Assembly (NCBI GenBank): GCA_963725865.1
Contig: CAVSAC010000014.1
Coordinates: 389,298-453,297, forward strand
Direction of reading: 5' to 3'
Origin: Candidatus Eiseniibacteriota bacterium
GTDB lineage: Bacteria > Eisenbacteria > RBG-16-71-46
DNA: 64,000 nt
The translations under genes and the position numbers were made by a program. Numbering within the stretch: position 1 is the first letter of the stretch; the number at the start of each line of letters is the position of its first letter. Below are positions 55,156-64,000 of the stretch, piece by piece. A model generated the notes under the pieces. It was not told where the DNA came from and did no database searches. It was given only the letters and a program-made list of their open reading frames with translations.

Positions 55156-56283
55156 ATGTCCGCCCATGATGCGAGCCCCCGCTCGGTGATCGAGCGGGGT
55201 GATCTCGACCGGCTCCTCTCGGCCCTGCGCGAGCGCGGCTACTCGGTCATCGGCCCGGTGCGGCGCGGCGACGCGATCGTCCTCGACACGATCGAGTCCG
55301 CCGCCGACCTGCCCGCGGGCTGGACCGACGAGCAGGAGGCCGGTCACTACCGATTGCGACGGCGCGACGACGACATGCTGTTCGGATACAACGTCGGCCC
55401 GTGGTCGTGGAAGCGCTTCCTGTTCCCGCCCGCCCTGCGTCTGTGGCAGGCGCGGCGCGTCGAGCGCGGTTTCGAGCTGGTGGAGGACGGCGCCCGCGCG
55501 CCGCGCTACGCATTCCTCGGCGTGCGCGCGTGCGAGATCGCGGCGCTCGCGATCCACGACCAGGTGCTCACCGGCGGTCCGTACGTCGATCCCGAGTACC
55601 GCGAGCGCCGCGCCCAGGCGTTCATCGTGGCGGTGCCGTGTGTTCAAGCGGGCGCGACGTGCTTCTGCGCCTCGATGGGCACCGGGCCCGCGGTTCGCGA
55701 GGGCTTCGACCTGGCGCTCGCCGAGGTGGTCGAAGGCGGCCGTCACATGTTCGTGGTCACGGTGGGCTCGGAGCGCGGCGCCGAGGTGATGGAGGACGTG
55801 CCCCACCGGCCGGCGGTCGAGGCCGACGTGGCCGCCGCCGCCCGCGCGGTGGAGGGCGCCGCCCGGATGGGTCGCACGCTCGACACCGAGGGGCTCGCGC
55901 CCCTGCTCGCCAAGCAGCACGAGCATCCGCGCTGGAACAAGGTCGCCGAGCGCTGCCTGACGTGCGGCAACTGCGCACTGTCGTGCCCGACCTGCTTCTG
56001 TCACACGGTCGAGGACCTCGCGGACCTCGGCGGCGAGACCGCCGAGCGCGTGCGCCGCTGGGACTCGTGCTTCTCCCTGGAGTTCTCGTTCATCCACGGC
56101 GGCAGCGTGCGGCCCTCCGCGCGCTCGCGCTATCGCCAGTGGCTGACCCACAAGCTCTCGAGCTGGCACGACCAGTTCGGGTCGTCGGGTTGCGTCGGAT
56201 GCGGTCGGTGCATCACCTGGTGCCCGGCCAAGATCGATATCACCGAAGAGGTCCGCGCGATCCGCGAAACGCAGCGCGCGTGA
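55156..56283 (+). CDS. hydB: [NiFe]-hydrogenase group 3b (sulfhydrogenase-type) beta subunit, 4Fe-4S cluster protein
   Basis: Cys clusters CLTCGNCALSCPTCFC and CVGCGRCITWCP. 375 aa. First gene of hydBGDA. Confidence 0.7.
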   Translation: MSAHDASPRSVIERGDLDRLLSALRERGYSVIGPVRRGDAIVLDTIESAADLPAGWTDEQEAGHYRLRRRDDDMLFGYNVGPWSWKRFLFPPALRLWQARRVERGFELVEDGARAPRYAFLGVRACEIAALAIHDQVLTGGPYVDPEYRERRAQAFIVAVPCVQAGATCFCASMGTGPAVREGFDLALAEVVEGGRHMFVVTVGSERGAEVMEDVPHRPAVEADVAAAARAVEGAARMGRTLDTEGLAPLLAKQHEHPRWNKVAERCLTCGNCALSCPTCFCHTVEDLADLGGETAERVRRWDSCFSLEFSFIHGGSVRPSARSRYRQWLTHKLSSWHDQFGSSGCVGCGRCITWCPAKIDITEEVRAIRETQRA

Positions 56284-56294
56284 GGAGGTCCGCC

Positions 56295-56768
56295 GTGCAG
56301 ACACTGGAACCGATTCTGACCGAGGCTCCGTTCTTCCAGGGCATGAAGCACGAACACCTGGCGCACCTCTCGGGCTGCGCATCGAACGTGCGTTACGAAC
56401 CCGACGAGTTCCCGGGGCGCGCCGGCGATCCGGCCGACCGCTTCTGGGTCGTCCGGCAGGGCCGCGTGGCGCTGGAGATCCACGCCCCCGGGCGCGGGGC
56501 GATCACCATCGGCACCATGGGTGAAGGCGATGTCGTCGGCTTCTCCTGGCTGCTGCCGCCCTATCAGCTGCGTTTCGACATCCACGTGCTCTCCGCGACG
56601 CGCGCGATCATGTTCGACGGGCGCTGCCTGCGCGGAAAGTGCGCCACCGATGCGGAATTCGGATACGAGCTCCTCAGCCGCTTCTCGCGGCTGATGGCGG
56701 AGCGCCTGGAGTCCATGAGCCTGCAGCTCCTGGACGTCTATGGCGACCACTATGCCGACCATGACTGA
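56295..56768 (+). CDS. Stand-alone cyclic-nucleotide-binding (CAP-effector) domain protein inserted in the hydrogenase operon
   Basis: GAGGAGG RBS then GTG. FFQGMKHEHLAHL...GDPADRFWVVRQGRVALEI...GTMGEGDVVGFSWLL matches the cNMP-binding beta-barrel pattern. 157 aa, no DNA-binding HTH. Confidence 0.6.
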   Translation: MQTLEPILTEAPFFQGMKHEHLAHLSGCASNVRYEPDEFPGRAGDPADRFWVVRQGRVALEIHAPGRGAITIGTMGEGDVVGFSWLLPPYQLRFDIHVLSATRAIMFDGRCLRGKCATDAEFGYELLSRFSRLMAERLESMSLQLLDVYGDHYADHD

Positions 56769-57621
56769 ACCGATCGCCCCGGAGACACGTGCCACGGCCG
56801 CGCCGATGCGGCCCGCGCCGTGGCGCATCGTCCGGACCAGCACGGAGACCCGGGACACCTTCACGATCACGCTCGAGCCGGAGGATCCCAAGACGACGTA
56901 CGCGTTCCGGCCCGGGCAGTTCAACATGCTCTACACGTTCGGGGTCGGCGAGGTGCCGATCTCGATGAGCGGCCCGCCCGGCGACGGCCGGCGCGTGATC
57001 CACACCCTGCGCGCCGTCGGCCCGGTGACGCAGACCTTCCACCGCCTCAGGCGCGGGGACGTCGTCGGCCTGCGCGGCCCGTACGGCACCCCGTGGCCGG
57101 TGGACGGCGCGAAGGGCCACGACATCGTGCTGGTCGCCGGCGGCATCGGGCTCGCCCCGCTGCGCCCGGCGATCTACCACGTGCTCGCCCACCGCGCGCA
57201 GTACGGGCGCGTGGTGCTGCTGTTCGGCGCGCGGACGCCCGACGACATCCTGTTCGCGCGCGAGCTCGAGAACTGGCGCGGGCGCTTCGACATCGATGTC
57301 GGCATCACGGTGGACCGCGCGCAGCCCGGCTGGCACGGGCACGTCGGGGTCGTCACCACGCTCCTGCCGCGCGCCCCGCTCGATCCCGCCAACACGGCCG
57401 CGTTCGTGTGCGGCCCCGAGATCATGATGCTGTTCGCGGCGCGCGACCTCGAGAATCGCGGCGTGCCGAACGCGCGCATCTGGCTGTCGATGGAGCGCAA
57501 CATGAAGTGCGCGGTCGCGCTCTGCGGTCACTGCCAGTTCGGTCCCACCTTCATCTGCAAGGACGGCCCGGTGTTCCGGTACGACGCGCTGGCGCCGCTC
57601 CTCGCCGTGCGGGAGCTCTGA
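56761..57621 (+). CDS. hydG: Hydrogenase gamma subunit (FAD/NAD(P)-binding, C-terminal 2Fe-2S)
   Basis: [19 protein letters not shown] (FAD), [11 protein letters not shown] (NAD(P)), C-terminal [20 protein letters not shown]. Start overlaps the upstream stop. Confidence 0.7.
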   Translation: MTEPIAPETRATAAPMRPAPWRIVRTSTETRDTFTITLEPEDPKTTYAFRPGQFNMLYTFGVGEVPISMSGPPGDGRRVIHTLRAVGPVTQTFHRLRRGDVVGLRGPYGTPWPVDGAKGHDIVLVAGGIGLAPLRPAIYHVLAHRAQYGRVVLLFGARTPDDILFARELENWRGRFDIDVGITVDRAQPGWHGHVGVVTTLLPRAPLDPANTAAFVCGPEIMMLFAARDLENRGVPNARIWLSMERNMKCAVALCGHCQFGPTFICKDGPVFRYDALAPLLAVREL

Positions 57622-57623
57622 TC

Positions 57624-58421
57624 ATGGCCGCGACGACCCGCAAACCCCGCCTGGCGGTCTGGAAGTTCGCCTCGTGCGACGGCTGTCAGCTCTCGATCCT
57701 CGATTGCGAGGACGAGCTGATGACGCTCGCCGGAGCGGTCCACATCGCCAACTTCGCCGAGGCGTCCCGCGCCATGGAGAAGGGCCCGTACGACCTGTCG
57801 CTGGTCGAGGGCTCGATCACCACGCCCCACGACGCTGAGCGCATCCACGCCGTCCGCCGCGCCTCCAAGGTGCTGGTCACCATCGGCGCCTGCGCCACCA
57901 CGGGCGGCATCCAGGCGCTCCGGAACTTCGCCGACGTGAAGGAGTGGATCCCGATCGTCTACGCCCGCCCGGAGCACATCGAGACGCTCCGCAACTCCAC
58001 CCCCATCGCGAACCACGTGCTCGTGGACTACGAGCTGCAGGGCTGCCCGGTGAACAAGCACCAGCTGCTGGAAGTGGTGCGTGCGTTCCTCGCCGGGCGG
58101 CGGCCGGTGCTTCCCGCATACAGCGTCTGCACGGAGTGCAAGCGCCGCGGTACCCCGTGCGTCGTCGTGAACTCGGGCCTGCCGTGCATGGGCCCGGTGA
58201 CGCGCACGGGCTGCGGTGCGCTGTGCCCGTCCTACGCCCGCGGGTGCTACGGCTGCTTCGGCCCGGTGCGCGGCGCCAATACCGCCGCGCTCGGCGACGT
58301 CCTCCACGGCCTCGGCCTCGACGATCCGGCAGTCGTCCGCGCGTTCCGCGGATTCAACGCCGGCTCCGAGGCGTTCCGCAAAGCGAGTGAATTCCATGAG
58401 CAGCGCCACCACGGCCAGTAA
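57624..58421 (+). CDS. hydD: [NiFe]-hydrogenase small (delta) subunit
   Basis: [10 protein letters not shown]...GACATTGG proximal-cluster Cys ligands, typical of short group-3 small subunits. 266 aa. Confidence 0.75.
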   Translation: MAATTRKPRLAVWKFASCDGCQLSILDCEDELMTLAGAVHIANFAEASRAMEKGPYDLSLVEGSITTPHDAERIHAVRRASKVLVTIGACATTGGIQALRNFADVKEWIPIVYARPEHIETLRNSTPIANHVLVDYELQGCPVNKHQLLEVVRAFLAGRRPVLPAYSVCTECKRRGTPCVVVNSGLPCMGPVTRTGCGALCPSYARGCYGCFGPVRGANTAALGDVLHGLGLDDPAVVRAFRGFNAGSEAFRKASEFHEQRHHGQ

Positions 58422-59709
58422 GCGCAATCGTTCCGTCGAGGTCGACGTGCTCGCCCGGGTCGAGGGCGAGGGCGGCATCGACGTCCGGATCCACAAGGGC
58501 GAAGTGACCGAGGTGAAGTTCCGCATCTACGAGCCGCCGCGCTTCTTCGAGGCGTTCCTGCGCGGGCGCTCGTACACCGAGGTCCCGGACATCACCGCGC
58601 GCATCTGCGGGATCTGTCCGGTCGCCTACCAGATGAGCGCGGTGCACGCCATCGAGCGCGCGTTCGGGGTCCAGGTCACGGGACCGCTGCGCGCGCTGCG
58701 GCGGTTGCTGTACTGCGGCGAGTGGATCGAGAGCCACGCGCTCCACATCTACCTGCTCCACGCTCCGGACTTCCTCGGGTACGAGAGCGGGATCCACATG
58801 GCGAAGGACCACGGCGACGCCGTGACCCGCGGCCTGCGGCTCAAGAAGACCGGCAACGCCCTCGTGACCGTGATCGGCGGCCGCGAGATCCATCCGCTCA
58901 ACGTGCGGGTGGGCGGCTTCTACCGCGCGCCCTCGAAGCGGGAGCTGCGCGGGCTGCTCGACGAGCTGCGCTGGTCCCGCGAGGCGGCGATCGAGACGGT
59001 GCGGCTGGTGGCCGGCTTCACGTTCCCCGATTTCCAGCGGGACTACGCGTTCGTGGCGCTCCGGCATCCGGACGAGTACCCGTTCAACGAGGGACGCGTG
59101 GTCTCCAGCCTGGGACTCGACATCGACGTCAGCGACTACGAACGCCACTTCACCGAGGAGCATGTCCAGCGCTCGAACGCGCTCCATTCGACCATGCGCG
59201 AGCACGGTCCGTATCACGTGGGCCCGCTCGCGCGCTACAGCCTCAACTTCGACCGGCTCTCGCCGATCGCCCAGGCGTGCGCGCGGGACGCGGGACTGGG
59301 GACGGAGTGTCGCAATCCGTTCCAGAGCATCGTCGTTCGCGCGGTCGAGACGGTGCAGGTCGTGGACGAGGCGGTGCGCACGATCGAGGCGTACGAGGAG
59401 CCCGACTCCCCGTCCGTGCAGGTGGAGCCGAAGGAGGGCGTGGGATGGGGCGCGAGCGAGGCGCCGCGGGGGATGCTCTACCACCGCTACCGTCTCGACG
59501 CGGCCGGGCTGGTGCGGGAGGCCAAGATCGTGCCGCCGACCTCGCAGAACCTGCGCACCATCGAAGCGGACCTCATGCGCTACGTCGCCAGTCATCTGGA
59601 ACTCGACGACGCGGCGCTCACCTGGGGATGCGAGCAGACGGTGCGCAACTACGACCCCTGCATCTCGTGCGCGACCCATTTCCTGCGCGTGCACATCGTG
59701 CGGGAGTGA
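58396..59709 (+). CDS. hydA: [NiFe]-hydrogenase large (alpha) subunit
   Basis: N-terminal [10 protein letters not shown] (L1 CxxC). C-terminal DPCISCATH (L2 DPCxxCxxH). 437 aa. Confidence 0.8.
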   Translation: MSSATTASKRNRSVEVDVLARVEGEGGIDVRIHKGEVTEVKFRIYEPPRFFEAFLRGRSYTEVPDITARICGICPVAYQMSAVHAIERAFGVQVTGPLRALRRLLYCGEWIESHALHIYLLHAPDFLGYESGIHMAKDHGDAVTRGLRLKKTGNALVTVIGGREIHPLNVRVGGFYRAPSKRELRGLLDELRWSREAAIETVRLVAGFTFPDFQRDYAFVALRHPDEYPFNEGRVVSSLGLDIDVSDYERHFTEEHVQRSNALHSTMREHGPYHVGPLARYSLNFDRLSPIAQACARDAGLGTECRNPFQSIVVRAVETVQVVDEAVRTIEAYEEPDSPSVQVEPKEGVGWGASEAPRGMLYHRYRLDAAGLVREAKIVPPTSQNLRTIEADLMRYVASHLELDDAALTWGCEQTVRNYDPCISCATHFLRVHIVRE

Positions 59710-59722
59710 CACGGAGGCCCCG

Positions 59723-60181
59723 ATGCTGCGGGTGATCGGCGTCGGCAACGAGTTGCGCGGCGACGACGCGGCCGGGCCCCGGGTGATCGCGCACCTGCGG
59801 GCCCGCGCCGTGCCGGGACTCGCGGCCGTGCAGTGTCCGGCCGAGCCCGCGGCGCTGATGGAGGCGTGGCGGGAGGCCGACCACGTCGTCGTGGTGGACG
59901 CGATGCAGAGCGGGCGGCCGCCGGGCGCGGTCACGCGGTTCGACGCCACGCACACGCCGCTGCCGGTGTCCGGCTTCCGCTCCTCGACCCACGGCCTCGG
60001 CATCGCGGACGCGGTCGAGCTGGGACGCGCGCTCGGCCGCCTGCCCGCGCTGCTGGAGGTGATCGGCATCGAGGGCGCGGGCTGGGAACAGGGCGCGCCG
60101 CTGGACCCCGCCGTGGCGCGGGCGGTGAAGCAGGTGGTGGAGGCGCTCGTCCGCGACGCGGCCGGCGGCGGCGCGGGCTGA
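59723..60181 (+). CDS. Hydrogenase maturation endopeptidase (HycI/HoxW-like)
   Basis: MLRVIGVGNELRGDDAAGPRV...VVVDAM...THGLG motifs. 152 aa. Confidence 0.7.
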   Translation: MLRVIGVGNELRGDDAAGPRVIAHLRARAVPGLAAVQCPAEPAALMEAWREADHVVVVDAMQSGRPPGAVTRFDATHTPLPVSGFRSSTHGLGIADAVELGRALGRLPALLEVIGIEGAGWEQGAPLDPAVARAVKQVVEALVRDAAGGGAG

Positions 60182-60206
60182 GTCCGCCCGGACGCCGGAC
60201 GCGCCA

Positions 60207-60236
60207 GAGGCCCGCGACCGCGTGGTCGCGGGCCTC
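60207..60236. terminator. Perfect 13-bp hairpin between convergent hydrogenase operon and POT transporter gene
   Basis: GAGGCCCGCGACC-gcgt-GGTCGCGGGCCTC. Confidence 0.5.
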
Positions 60237-60260
60237 GCGCGTGGTGCGGGAGGCGGCCGC

Positions 60261-61721
60261 CTACACGTTCGCGCTCTCGTACTTGCGGATCCACAGCGAG
60301 TAGAGCCAGATCCCGACCGCCGAGGCGAACCCGATCGCCACGAACGGGTACCACACTCGGTACGGATGGTAAGTGGTCCAGAGCAGTTGCGTGGCCGCGT
60401 TGGGGTCGAGGTTCAGCACGCGCTCGAGCGACTCGACCGCGTTGGTGCGGTCCACGCCCGCCGGCACGCCGCCCGCCTTCTGCTCCAGGTAGCGCAGCGC
60501 CAGCCCCGCCTTCTCGCCGAGGCGCTCGTAGAAGTAGGCGCCCATCGCCGATGCCGCGACCCATCCGATCGCGAACGGCATGTTGGCGTAGCCCATGTAG
60601 AGCGCCTTCTTGCCCTCGGGAGCGATGACGCCGAGGTACTCGTTCATCTTGGGGCTCGACAGCATCTCGCCGAGCGCGAAGATCGCGATCCCGAGCAGGC
60701 ACATCCAGCCCGACTGGCTGAAGCCCGCCACGAACAGCCCCGCGGATGCGATGAGGATGCCGATGAAGATCGACTGCACCCGCTTCATGCGCGACGCGAG
60801 CGACGACACCCACACCACCAGCAGCACGATCAGCCCGGCGTCGAGGTTGATCATCCACTCCTGCGACACCATCGGCCCGCGCGGCGTGGGACTGGTGAAC
60901 ACCGAGGAGAGGTGGAGCGCCTGCACCACCGAGCGCGAGTCCACCCAGTCGACGATGAAGTTCGGCAGCAGGTCGTAGAGCTGCATGAACATCAGCCAGA
61001 AGCACGACATGATGAGGATGAAGCTCAGCAGCTGGGGGCGGAACAGGTTCACCGCCGTGGTCTTGAGCACCTGCATGACGCCGCCGGTCTGCGTGCCGCC
61101 CGCCGAGACCCCCGGGTACGTGAACAGCATCAGGTAGTTCAGCGACAGGATGGCCGCCGAGCCGGTGAAGACCATCGGCCACGACAAGCCGCGCAGGAAG
61201 TGCGCGAGCGGCGGCCCCAGGAATCCGCCCACGTTCACGACCATGTAGAACATGCCCCACCCGACCGAGGAGTTCTTCTCGGTCAGGCTGCGCACCATGG
61301 TGCCCTGCAAGCCGGGCTTGAAGATCGCGGTGCCGAGTCCGACGGTGCAGCAGCCCAGCATGAACGGCAGGTACGCGCGCTGCGTCGCCATCAGCACGTA
61401 ACCGAGGATGGTGATGGTGGTGGCGATGGCGATGGTCTTCTTGTAGCCGAAGCGGTCGGCGAAGCCGCCCGAGACGATCGGCACGCCGGCCTGCACCGCC
61501 GCCCACCAGGCGTAGATCACGCCCTTCTGCGCCATGGTGAAGTGCAGCCCGCCTGGCTCGTCGGCCTGCGCGATGTAGATCGGGACGACCACGCGCACGC
61601 CGTAGTAGGCGAGGCGCTCGAACATCTCCATGATGTTCGCCATCCAGAACGGACGCTTCAGCAGCGCGAGCTGGGCGAGTGCGCCGTGCGGCGTTGCGGC
61701 GGTATCGGACGCGTTCGACAA
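60261..61721 (-). CDS. Proton-dependent oligopeptide transporter (POT/PTR2 family MFS, DtpT-like)
   Basis: PTR2 signature region MEMFERLAYYGVR...KPGLQGT. ~14 TM helices. 486 aa. Confidence 0.75.
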   Translation of the reverse strand: MSNASDTAATPHGALAQLALLKRPFWMANIMEMFERLAYYGVRVVVPIYIAQADEPGGLHFTMAQKGVIYAWWAAVQAGVPIVSGGFADRFGYKKTIAIATTITILGYVLMATQRAYLPFMLGCCTVGLGTAIFKPGLQGTMVRSLTEKNSSVGWGMFYMVVNVGGFLGPPLAHFLRGLSWPMVFTGSAAILSLNYLMLFTYPGVSAGGTQTGGVMQVLKTTAVNLFRPQLLSFILIMSCFWLMFMQLYDLLPNFIVDWVDSRSVVQALHLSSVFTSPTPRGPMVSQEWMINLDAGLIVLLVVWVSSLASRMKRVQSIFIGILIASAGLFVAGFSQSGWMCLLGIAIFALGEMLSSPKMNEYLGVIAPEGKKALYMGYANMPFAIGWVAASAMGAYFYERLGEKAGLALRYLEQKAGGVPAGVDRTNAVESLERVLNLDPNAATQLLWTTYHPYRVWYPFVAIGFASAVGIWLYSLWIRKYESANV

Positions 61722-61945
61722 GGTGGCTCCTCCGGGTCGGGACCGCGCCGGGGCGCGGCGGCCGTGGGCGTGGCCGGGAGTGGCGCGACCACGCGAAGCG
61801 CGCCGCGGTCACGGCGCGCGCGGAGCATGCCCCGGCGGCGCCGGCGCGTCCATCCGGATCCCGACCGGCGCGGGAGTCCGCCGGACGCACGGCGGGCGGC
61901 CCGTGGGGCCGCCCGTTTCGGATCCCTTCGCGTGCGACGCCGGCG

Positions 61946-62665
61946 TCACTGCGCCTGGATCGTCACCTTGTTGATGAGCAACGGTTCGGTCGGATGCCCG
62001 CTCGGAGTGCCCTGGGCCTCGAGCGCGGCCAGCACGTCCATGCCCCCCGACACCTCGCCGAAGATCGTGTGCTTGCCGTCGAGCCACGGCGTCGGCACGA
62101 ACGTGAGGAAGAACTGGCTCCCGTCGGTCCCTTCGCCCGCATTGGCCATCGAGAGCAGCCCCGGCCGGTCGTGCTTCACGCCGGCCTTGAACTCCCCGCC
62201 GAACTGGTAGCCCGGGCCACCCGTGCCGGTGCCCAGCGGACAGCCGCCCTGCGCCATGAACTTGCTGATCACGCGATGGAAGGCGAGCCCGTCGTAGAAG
62301 CCGAGCTTGGCGAGATAGATGAACGACGTGACGTGCATCGGCGCCACGTCGGGCATCAGCTTGATGAGCAGGTCGCCCTTGCTGGTGCTCATCACGGCGT
62401 AGTAGCTGTGCGCGGGCTCGAACGTCGCCACCGTGGGCTTGGACAGGTGGGTGCGCCAGTCCGGCTTCGACTTGTCCACCTTGGCGGCGGTGATCATGTC
62501 CTGGATCTGCTGCATCGCGAGTTCCTTGGGCTTGACGAGTGGGGTGGCGGGCGTCCCCTGCAGCACGCTGGGCGCCGGGGACGCCGGGGTCGGCGTCCGT
62601 GTCGGCGTCGGAGCACCCGGGGCGACGACTGCCAGCACGAGCAGAAGGGAGAGCCAGGGGGTCAT
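61946..62665 (-). CDS. ppiA: Secreted cyclophilin-type peptidyl-prolyl cis-trans isomerase
   Basis: Signal peptide plus Pro/Thr linker. FHRVISKFMAQGGCP...GLLSMANAG...GSQFFLTF...HTIFGEV. 239 aa. Confidence 0.8.
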   Translation of the reverse strand: MTPWLSLLLVLAVVAPGAPTPTRTPTPASPAPSVLQGTPATPLVKPKELAMQQIQDMITAAKVDKSKPDWRTHLSKPTVATFEPAHSYYAVMSTSKGDLLIKLMPDVAPMHVTSFIYLAKLGFYDGLAFHRVISKFMAQGGCPLGTGTGGPGYQFGGEFKAGVKHDRPGLLSMANAGEGTDGSQFFLTFVPTPWLDGKHTIFGEVSGGMDVLAALEAQGTPSGHPTEPLLINKVTIQAQ

Positions 62666-62815
62666 GTCGCGTTCCTCGGTCGGCCGATGGTGAGGCGCGG
62701 GGAGCGGAGCAGCGCGCGGTGGCCGATGTACAGGCACGCGCGTGGCGGAGTACGGTACACGAGTGGCGGCATGCGGCCAACCCCCCTGGCCCCGCCGCAT
62801 GAGCCAGGAGCCCGG

Positions 62816-64000
62816 ATGCTCGAAGCACACACCCAGGACGTGGTGGTGGTGGGCGGTGGGATCGTCGGCCTGGCCACCGCGCGCGCGCTCCTGCACGGCA
62901 CCGGCGCCACCGTCGCGCTGCTCGAGGCCGAGAACACGCTGGCCGCCCACCAGACCGGCCACAACAGCGGGGTGCTGCACTCCGGGCTCTACTACCGGCC
63001 GGGATCCCTCAAGGCGCGCCTGTGCGGCGCCGGCCGCGAGGCGCTGCTGCGCTTCTGCGCCGAGCACGGGGTGGCGCACGAGCGCTGCGGCAAGGTGGTG
63101 GTGGCGACGCGCCCCGAGGAGCTGCCGCGGCTCGAGGAACTGGAGCGCCGCGGCCGCGCCAACGGCCTCGCGGGCGTGGCGCGGATCGGGCCGGAGGAGC
63201 TGCGCGAGCGCGAGCCGCACGCCGCGGGCCTCGCGGCGCTGCGAGTGCCCGAGACCGGCATCGTGGACTTCCGCGGCGCCTGCGAGGCGCTCGCCGCCGA
63301 GCTGCGCCGCGCCGGCGGCGCGGTGCACACCGGGGCGCGCGTCGAGCGCGTCACGCCGACCCCCGAGGGATTCACGATCGTGACCGGGCGCGGCGGACTC
63401 ACCGCGCGCCATCTGGTGACCTGCGCGGGGCTCCAGGCGGACCGTCTGGCGCGCGCGTGCGGCGTCGATCCGGGGGTCGCGATCGTGCCGTTCCGAGGCG
63501 AGTACCACGTGCTGAAGCCGGAGCGCGCCGCGCTGGTGCGCCACCTCATCTACCCGGTGCCCGATCCCCGCTTCCCGTTCCTCGGCGTGCACTTCACGCG
63601 CATGGTGCACGGGGGCGTCGAGGCCGGTCCGAACGCGGTGCTCGCGTTCGCGCGTCACGGCTACCGGCGCCGCGACGTGTCCCCGCGCGACCTCGCCGAG
63701 ATGCTCCGGTGGAGCGGCTTCTGGCGCCTCGCGAGCCGCCATCTCGCGATGGGATTCGAGGAGTCGTGGCGCTCGCACGTGAAGCGCGCGTTCGTGGCGG
63801 CGCTGCGGCGCCTGGTGCCCGACCTGCGCGAGTCCGACGTGATGCCGGGGGGCGCCGGCGTGCGCGCGATGGCGGTCGGGCCCGACGGCGCGATGCTCGA
63901 CGACTTCCACGTCGTCGAGGCCCCGCGCGCCATTCACGTGCTCAACGCCCCGTCGCCCGCCGCCACCGCCGCGCTCGCCATCGGCGAGCATCTCGCGGGG
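62816..64000 (+). CDS. lhgO: L-2-hydroxyglutarate oxidase/dehydrogenase (FAD-dependent), 3' end beyond window
   Basis: My own translation: MLEAHTQDVVVVGGGIVGLATARAL...HNSGVLHSGLYYRPGSLKARLC... with no stop to nt 64000. Not in the ORF track because it runs off the edge. Confidence 0.7.
   Translation, partial: MLEAHTQDVVVVGGGIVGLATARALLHGTGATVALLEAENTLAAHQTGHNSGVLHSGLYYRPGSLKARLCGAGREALLRFCAEHGVAHERCGKVVVATRPEELPRLEELERRGRANGLAGVARIGPEELREREPHAAGLAALRVPETGIVDFRGACEALAAELRRAGGAVHTGARVERVTPTPEGFTIVTGRGGLTARHLVTCAGLQADRLARACGVDPGVAIVPFRGEYHVLKPERAALVRHLIYPVPDPRFPFLGVHFTRMVHGGVEAGPNAVLAFARHGYRRRDVSPRDLAEMLRWSGFWRLASRHLAMGFEESWRSHVKRAFVAALRRLVPDLRESDVMPGGAGVRAMAVGPDGAMLDDFHVVEAPRAIHVLNAPSPAATAALAIGEHLAG

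Overview
High-GC (~70%) bacterial chromosomal segment, evidently Gram-negative: it encodes a TonB-dependent receptor, outer-membrane beta-barrels and a metal ABC importer. The lineage was not determined. Coding density is high and strongly strand-biased. Positions 1-35874 are almost entirely minus-strand, and many genes overlap by 4 nt (ATGA or GTGA), which implies long translationally coupled operons.

Recognisable housekeeping genes:
- tmk, rsmI, dus, priA, tsaD, ilvC, HU, argF and a class-III aminotransferase (rocD-like)
- ltaE, cutA and a cyclophilin
- a 5'-truncated lhgO at the window end

Functional modules:
1. Nickel-pincer cofactor genes larB-larC coupled to a fused double ECF-type ABC ATPase.
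2. A myo-inositol-1-phosphate synthase plus CDP-alcohol phosphatidyltransferase pair, suggesting phosphatidylinositol-type lipid synthesis.
3. A four-gene c-di-GMP/two-component operon: REC-GGDEF with a non-canonical GGDDF motif, two paralogous GAF-HisKA-HATPase-GAF-HD-GYP hybrid kinases, and a stand-alone REC.
4. A complete group-3b-type (sulfhydrogenase-like) [NiFe] hydrogenase operon, hydB-hydG-hydD-hydA plus maturation protease, with an extra cNMP-binding-domain gene inserted between the beta and gamma subunits.
5. A metal-uptake island with TonB receptor, ABC-3 permease and ZnuA-like binding protein but no ATPase, an outer-membrane beta-barrel and a truncated paralog of it.
6. A DoxX/MauE plus rhodanese pair.

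Two large genes carry apparent single-nucleotide frameshifts: a giant secreted protein over 1200 aa, and an MsbA-like ABC exporter. No rRNA, tRNA, CRISPR array or intact mobile element was recognised. There is one degraded tyrosine-recombinase-like remnant. The six-frame track also contains many long ORFs in alternative or antisense frames; these are typical of high-GC DNA and were rejected.
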